IMG/VR virus record: IMGVR_UViG_2608642106_000003 | From: a virus | Lineage: Duplodnaviria > Heunggongvirae > Uroviricota > Caudoviricetes | Direction: 5' to 3' (one strand) | DNA: 30,648 nucleotides | In this document: piece after piece, positions 25,691-30,648 of the stretch | Numbering within the stretch: the first letter of the stretch is position 1 | Layout: each line of letters opens with the position of its first letter | Program-made: the position numbers and the translations under genes | Notes under the pieces: generated by a model | Database searches by the model: none | What the model saw: the letters and a program-made list of their open reading frames with translations, nothing else | What the model was told of the DNA's origin: nothing

Positions 25691-28600
25691 TAACAACCTG
25701 CGGCTGCAGGTCATTCTTAATGCGGTTGACAAACTCACCCGCCCATTCCGTGCTGCACAGGCCAGTTCGAAAGAGCTGGCTGGCGCAATCAGAAACTCCC
25801 GTGACGCATTAAAGCAACTCAATCAGGCGGGTAACAGCCTGGAAAAATTTCGCAAGCTGCAGGCCGATAACAAGAAGTTAGGCGACAGGCTGAACTATGC
25901 CAGACAGAAGGCTAATTTGCTTAGCTCTGAGCTGGAGTCGATGGAACAACCATCACAACGGCACCTTGTGGCTTTAGGTCGGCAAACGCTGGCAGTCCAA
26001 CGCCTGGAAGAACAACAAAAATATTTGCAGAAGCAAACGGCGCTTGTGCGTGCAGAACTGTACCGGGCGGGAATTTCTGCGAAAGATGATGCGGGAGCAA
26101 CTGCCCGTTTAGCCCGTGAAACATCACGTTATAACCAGGAATTGTCGAAACAGGAGGCGCGGCTGAAGCGACTGGGGGAAGCTCAGCGCAGGATGAATGC
26201 GGCGCGTGCCAGTTATGCCCGTTCACTGGAGGTGCGTGATCGTATTGCAGGTGCCGGAGCCACCACCACGGCTGCAGGGCTGGCAATGGGCGCACCAGTG
26301 ATGGCGGCAGTAAAAAGCTATACCAGCATGGAAGATGCCATGAAAGGTGTGGCAAAGCAGGTCAATGGTCTGCGTGACGATAATGGAAACCGTACTGCAC
26401 GTTTTTATGAAATGCAGGATGCCATCAAGGCTGCCAGCGAACAGTTACCGATGGAAAATGGTGCGGTGGACTTCGCCGCACTGGTTGAAGGTGGTGCGCG
26501 CATGAACGTCGCAAACCCTGACGACAGCTGGGAAGACCAGAAACGTGACCTGCTGGCCTTTGCCAGTACGGCAGCAAAGGCGGCAACAGCTTTTGAGCTG
26601 CCAGCGGATGAACTGTCAGAAAGTCTGGGGAAAATCGCCCAGCTCTACAAAATCCCTACCCGCAATATTGAACAGCTCGGTGATGCGCTGAACTATCTGG
26701 ATGATAACGCCATGTCGAAAGGGGCAGACATCATCGATGTCATGCAACGCCTGGGCGGTGTGGCTGATCGTCTGGATTATCGTAAAGCGGCGGCGCTGGG
26801 TTCCACCTTCCTGACACTGGGCGCTGCGCCGGAGGTTGCAGCCAGTGCAGCAAACGCGATGGTGCGTGAATTGTCCATTGCCACCATGCAAAGCAAGAGT
26901 TTCTTTGAAGGGATGAATCTGCTGAAACTCAATCCTGAAGTGATTGAAAAGCAGATGACGAAGGATGCGATGGGAACTATCCAGCGTGTGCTGGAGAAGG
27001 TGAACGCACTGCCGCAGGATAAGCGCCTGTCTGCCATGACCATGTTGTTTGGTAAAGAGTTTGGCGATGACGCAGCGAAACTGGCAAACAACCTGCCGGA
27101 ACTACAGCGCCAGCTAAAACTGACAGCGGGCAATGATGCGCTCGGTTCCATGCAGAAAGAATCCGACATCAACAAAGACTCACTTTCTGCTCAGTGGTTG
27201 CTGGTCAAAACCGGAGCGCAGAACACCTTCAGCAGCCTGGGCGAAACGCTGCGCCAGCCGCTGATGGATATTCTGTACACGGTGAAAAGCGTCACGGGGG
27301 CGTTGCGTCGCTGGGTGGAAGCTAACCCGGAACTGACAGGCACACTGATGAAAGCATCGGCTGTTGTGGCTGCGGTGACCGTCGGCCTCGGCACCTTAGC
27401 GGTGGCGCTGGCTGCAGTGCTGGGGCCGCTGGCAGTGATCCGTCTGGGATTCTCTGTGCTGGGTATCAAAACGTTACCTTCCGTTACGGCAGCAGTAACT
27501 CGAACCAGCAGCGCGTTGTCCTGGCTGGCTGGCGCACCACTGGTACTGCTGCGACGCGGGCTTGCTTCATCGGGCAACGCTGCGGGTTTACTTACTGCAC
27601 CGTTGTCATCTTTGCGCCGCACGGCATCACTGACGGGAAATGTCCTGAAAACTGTAGCAGGTGCGCCGGTTGCACTTTTGCGGTCTGGATTATCCGGTTT
27701 ACGTGCTGTTGCTGTGATGTTTATGAATCCTCTGGCGGTACTGCGCGGTGGACTGGTCGCCGCAGGCACGGTGCTGCGAGTACTGGCATCTGGTCCACTG
27801 GCGATGCTGCGCGTTGCCCTGTATGCCGTATCTGGTCTGTTAGGTGCTCTGCTCAGTCCGATAGGTCTTGTGGTTACTGCACTGGCGGGCGTGGCGCTGG
27901 TTGTCTGGAAATACTGGCAACCCATCACCGCATTTCTTGGTGGCGTGGTGGAAGGATTCAAAGCGGCGGCAGGTCCCGTCAGTGCAGCATTCGAACCGCT
28001 TAAGCCCGTGTTCCAGTGGATTGGCGACAAAGTACAGGCGCTGTGGGGCTGGTTTACTGATCTGCTGACGCCCGTTAAGTCGACCTCTGCCGAACTGCAG
28101 AGTGCAGCGGCAATGGGGCGGCGATTCGGGGAGGCACTGGCGGAAGGGCTGAATATGGTCATGCATCCGCTGGACTCCCTGAAATCCGGCGTTTCCTGGT
28201 TGCTGGAGAAGCTCGGCATTGTCAGTAAAGAGGCCGCAAAGGCAAAACTGCCGGAAAGCGTGACGCGTCAGCAACCTGCGACGGTGAATGCAGACGGTAA
28301 AGTGATGATGCCATCGGGTGGTTTTCCATCATGGGGATATGGCTTTGCGGGGATGTATGACAGCGGCGGCTATATCCCGCGCGGGCAGTTTGGCATCGTC
28401 GGTGAAAACGGGCCGGAAATTGTTAACGGCCCGGCAAATGTGACCAGCCGGAGAAATACAGCTGCACTGGCTGCCGTTGTTGCCGGAATGATGGGCGTTG
28501 CTGCCGCGCCTGCAGAGCTTCCACCGTTGCACCCTTTGGCACTTCCCGCGAAAGGCGGCGAAGCGATGGTGAGTCGTGCAGCCACTGTGCCGCCCGTTCA

Positions 28601-28760
28601 ACGGATTGAGGCACCGATGCAGATCATCATTCAGACGCAGCCAGGACAAAGTGCGCAGGATATTGCGCGGGAGGTGGCCCGCCAGCTTGATGAACGTGAA
28701 CGCAGGCTGAAGGCAAAAGCCAGGAGTAACTACAGCGATCAGGGGGGATACGACGCATGA
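25680..28760 (+). CDS. T: Tail tape measure protein (P2 gpT family)
   Basis: 1026 aa, helical/Ala-rich, after E/E' and before U. Confidence 0.85.
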   Translation: MMSDNNLRLQVILNAVDKLTRPFRAAQASSKELAGAIRNSRDALKQLNQAGNSLEKFRKLQADNKKLGDRLNYARQKANLLSSELESMEQPSQRHLVALGRQTLAVQRLEEQQKYLQKQTALVRAELYRAGISAKDDAGATARLARETSRYNQELSKQEARLKRLGEAQRRMNAARASYARSLEVRDRIAGAGATTTAAGLAMGAPVMAAVKSYTSMEDAMKGVAKQVNGLRDDNGNRTARFYEMQDAIKAASEQLPMENGAVDFAALVEGGARMNVANPDDSWEDQKRDLLAFASTAAKAATAFELPADELSESLGKIAQLYKIPTRNIEQLGDALNYLDDNAMSKGADIIDVMQRLGGVADRLDYRKAAALGSTFLTLGAAPEVAASAANAMVRELSIATMQSKSFFEGMNLLKLNPEVIEKQMTKDAMGTIQRVLEKVNALPQDKRLSAMTMLFGKEFGDDAAKLANNLPELQRQLKLTAGNDALGSMQKESDINKDSLSAQWLLVKTGAQNTFSSLGETLRQPLMDILYTVKSVTGALRRWVEANPELTGTLMKASAVVAAVTVGLGTLAVALAAVLGPLAVIRLGFSVLGIKTLPSVTAAVTRTSSALSWLAGAPLVLLRRGLASSGNAAGLLTAPLSSLRRTASLTGNVLKTVAGAPVALLRSGLSGLRAVAVMFMNPLAVLRGGLVAAGTVLRVLASGPLAMLRVALYAVSGLLGALLSPIGLVVTALAGVALVVWKYWQPITAFLGGVVEGFKAAAGPVSAAFEPLKPVFQWIGDKVQALWGWFTDLLTPVKSTSAELQSAAAMGRRFGEALAEGLNMVMHPLDSLKSGVSWLLEKLGIVSKEAAKAKLPESVTRQQPATVNADGKVMMPSGGFPSWGYGFAGMYDSGGYIPRGQFGIVGENGPEIVNGPANVTSRRNTAALAAVVAGMMGVAAAPAELPPLHPLALPAKGGEAMVSRAATVPPVQRIEAPMQIIIQTQPGQSAQDIAREVARQLDERERRLKAKARSNYSDQGGYDA

Positions 28761-29242
28761 TGATGGTGCTGGGATTGTACGTGTTTATGCTGCGCACCGT
28801 GCCGTATCAGGAACTGCAGTATCAACGCAGTTGGCGACATGCGGCAAACAGCCGGGTAAACCGTCGTCCGTCCACGCAGTTTCTGGGACCGGAAAACGAC
28901 ATGCTGACGCTTTCCGGTGTTCTTATGCCGGAGATAACAGGCGGCAGGCTGTCGTTGCTGGCACTTGAGCAGATGGCAGAACAGGGGAAAGCATGGCCTC
29001 TGATTGAAGGCAGCGGCACGATTTACGGCATGTATGTGATTGAGGGACTGAATCAGACTAAAACGGAGTTTTTCCGCGACGGTATGCCGCGCCGGATTGA
29101 GTTCACCCTGTCGCTCAAACGGGTGGATGAATCCCTGTCCGATATGTTCGGTGATCTCAGTGCGCAGCTGAATAATTTGCAGGATACGGCAACGTCTGCC
29201 TTAAGCGATATCAGTAAAACGGTGGGAGGGCTGCTGTCGTGA
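28757..29242 (+). CDS. U: Tail protein (P2 gpU family)
   Basis: 161 aa; ..FLG....TL.GVL.PE.TGG.L.......MAE.G.AWPL..G.G.IYGMYVI matches recalled gpU; overlaps T stop (ATGA). Confidence 0.85.
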   Translation: MMMVLGLYVFMLRTVPYQELQYQRSWRHAANSRVNRRPSTQFLGPENDMLTLSGVLMPEITGGRLSLLALEQMAEQGKAWPLIEGSGTIYGMYVIEGLNQTKTEFFRDGMPRRIEFTLSLKRVDESLSDMFGDLSAQLNNLQDTATSALSDISKTVGGLLS

Positions 29243-30339
29243 ATTTCAGCTCTGAACTGCTTAACAAAGGCAACAAAACTCCCGCATTCAGCATCAGTAT
29301 TGAAGGCAAGGATATCACCACTGTGCTGGACAACCGCCTGATGGGGCTTACGCTGACGGATAACCGGGGCTTTGAAGCGGACCAGCTTGATCTGGAGCTG
29401 GACGACGCCGACGGAAAAATCGTGCTGCCGCGCCGTGGTGCGGTCATCACGCTGGCGCTGGGCTGGAAGGGGCAGCCGCTTTTCCCGAAAGGGGCATTCA
29501 CAGTGGACGAGATTGAACACACTGGCGCACCGGATCGCCTGACTATCCGGGCGCGAAGTGCTGATTTTAGGGAAACGCTGAATACCCGCCGTGAAAAATC
29601 GTGGCACAAGACCACTGTCGGGGAAGTGGTGAAGGAAATAGCCGCGCGTCACAAGCTGAAGATGGCACTGGGTAAAGACCTGTCGGATAAGCCCGTGGAG
29701 CATATAGACCAGACTAATGAGAGTGACGGCAGTTTTCTGATGCGGCTGGCGCGCCAGTACGGTGCCATCGCGTCGGTGAAAAATGGCAATCTGTTATTCA
29801 TCCGGCAGGGACAGGGCAAAAGCGCCACTGGTAAACCACTGCCGGTGATCACTATCACACGCAAGGACGGCGACAGTCACCGCTTTACCCTGGCAGATCG
29901 CGGAGCCTACACGGGGGTAATTGCCAGCTGGTTGCATACCCGCGAACCCGCGAAGAAAGAAAGCACTACGGTGAAGCGTAAGCGCAGGACTAAGAAGCAG
30001 AAGAAAGAGCCGGAAGCGAAGCAGGGCGATTACCTGGTGGGGACGGATGAAAACGTGCTGGTACTTAATCGCACTTATGCCAACCGGAGCAACGCCGAAC
30101 GAGCGGCAAAAATGCAGTGGGAACGCCTGCAACGCGGCGTTGCGTCATTCTCGCTACAACTGGCGGAAGGGCGGGCAGATCTCTACACGGAAATGCCTGT
30201 GAAGGTCAGTGGTTTTAAACAGCCGATAGATGATGCGGAATGGACCATTACGACTCTGACACATACCGTCAGCCCGGATAACGGTTTTACGACCAGTCTG
30301 GAGCTTGAAGTGAAGATTGATGATTTCGAAATGGAATGA
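29239..30339 (+). CDS. D: Tail protein/late control protein (P2 gpD family)
   Basis: 366 aa; GTG start overlapping U stop (GTGA); last gene of tail operon. Confidence 0.85.
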   Translation: MNFSSELLNKGNKTPAFSISIEGKDITTVLDNRLMGLTLTDNRGFEADQLDLELDDADGKIVLPRRGAVITLALGWKGQPLFPKGAFTVDEIEHTGAPDRLTIRARSADFRETLNTRREKSWHKTTVGEVVKEIAARHKLKMALGKDLSDKPVEHIDQTNESDGSFLMRLARQYGAIASVKNGNLLFIRQGQGKSATGKPLPVITITRKDGDSHRFTLADRGAYTGVIASWLHTREPAKKESTTVKRKRRTKKQKKEPEAKQGDYLVGTDENVLVLNRTYANRSNAERAAKMQWERLQRGVASFSLQLAEGRADLYTEMPVKVSGFKQPIDDAEWTITTLTHTVSPDNGFTTSLELEVKIDDFEME

Positions 30340-30429
30340 TTCTTCGCAATGGAGAACTTTTAAGTTTTCAAAATGGAATAATGCGGTATCATTATTGTGA
30401 ATTTAGCAAAAATGGGGAGAACTCGAAAA

Positions 30430-30648
30430 ATGATGATTTGCCCACTGTGTGGAAGTGCCGCCCATACTCGCAGCAGTTTTCAGGTATCTTCATTGACCAA
30501 AGAGCGTTACAACCAGTGCCAGAACATTAACTGCAGCCATACTTTTGTTACCCATGAAACTTTTGTTCGTTCGATTGCAACGCCAAAAGAGTCAAATCCG
30601 GTTCAGCCGCATCCAATGAAATCAGGACAGGTGGCGCTCTCTCTTTGA
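30430..30648 (+). CDS. ogr: Late gene transcription activator, zinc finger (Ogr/Delta family)
   Basis: MMICPLCGSAAHTRSS...KERYNQCQNINCSHTF... has the CxxC...CxxC arrangement and matches recalled P2 Ogr; ATG 30430 after GGGGAGAA; stop at window end. Confidence 0.8.
   Translation: MMICPLCGSAAHTRSSFQVSSLTKERYNQCQNINCSHTFVTHETFVRSIATPKESNPVQPHPMKSGQVALSL

Noticed and set aside
27191-28219. 342-aa minus-strand ORF inside the tape-measure gene
   Set aside because: Shadow ORF antisense to T; low-complexity Ala/Ser/Pro-rich translation typical of antisense reading of GC-rich coding DNA.
29053-29703. 216-aa minus-strand ORF spanning the U/D junction
   Set aside because: Antisense to two conserved tail genes; no independent support.
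30336-30530. 64-aa ORF overlapping the start of ogr
   Set aside because: Out of frame with the recognisable Ogr zinc-finger protein; more likely the D-ogr intergenic/promoter region.
1-30648. tRNA, rRNA, CRISPR array, insertion sequence, integrase or att sites
   Set aside because: No cloverleaf-like, repeat-spacer or transposase-like sequence was recognisable; the integrase and att sites expected for this prophage type would lie upstream of position 1 or downstream of ogr, outside the window.

Overview
This window is most of a P2/186-like (Peduoviridae-type) temperate prophage of an enterobacterial host, running from the immunity repressor to ogr; the integrase and attachment sites lie outside the window. 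Order: leftward CI-like repressor (2..568) and a rightward early operon (Cox/Apl-like, CII-like, small ORFs, TraR/DksA zinc finger, dam, an unknown dam-coupled gene, replication gene A); a LexA-box-controlled module (Tum-like ORF plus DinI-like); an AT-rich cargo island around a cos-like site (7137..9746); then the late genes Q P / O N M L X / lysis cassette / R S / V W J I H G / FI FII E E' T U D / ogr. The best candidates for an undescribed system are in the cargo island: a translationally coupled small-protein plus 3-TM membrane-protein operon, and a stand-alone gene with a DUF4062-like N-terminus lying between the cos-like site and the portal gene. A second candidate is the unknown gene coupled to dam, which has faint transglycosylase-like motifs. 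The tail-fibre gene H is interrupted by a 295-nt N-run flanked by near-identical sequence, probably an assembly artefact. All protein-family calls are from reading the translations and recalling family signatures and P2 gene order; no database search was run.
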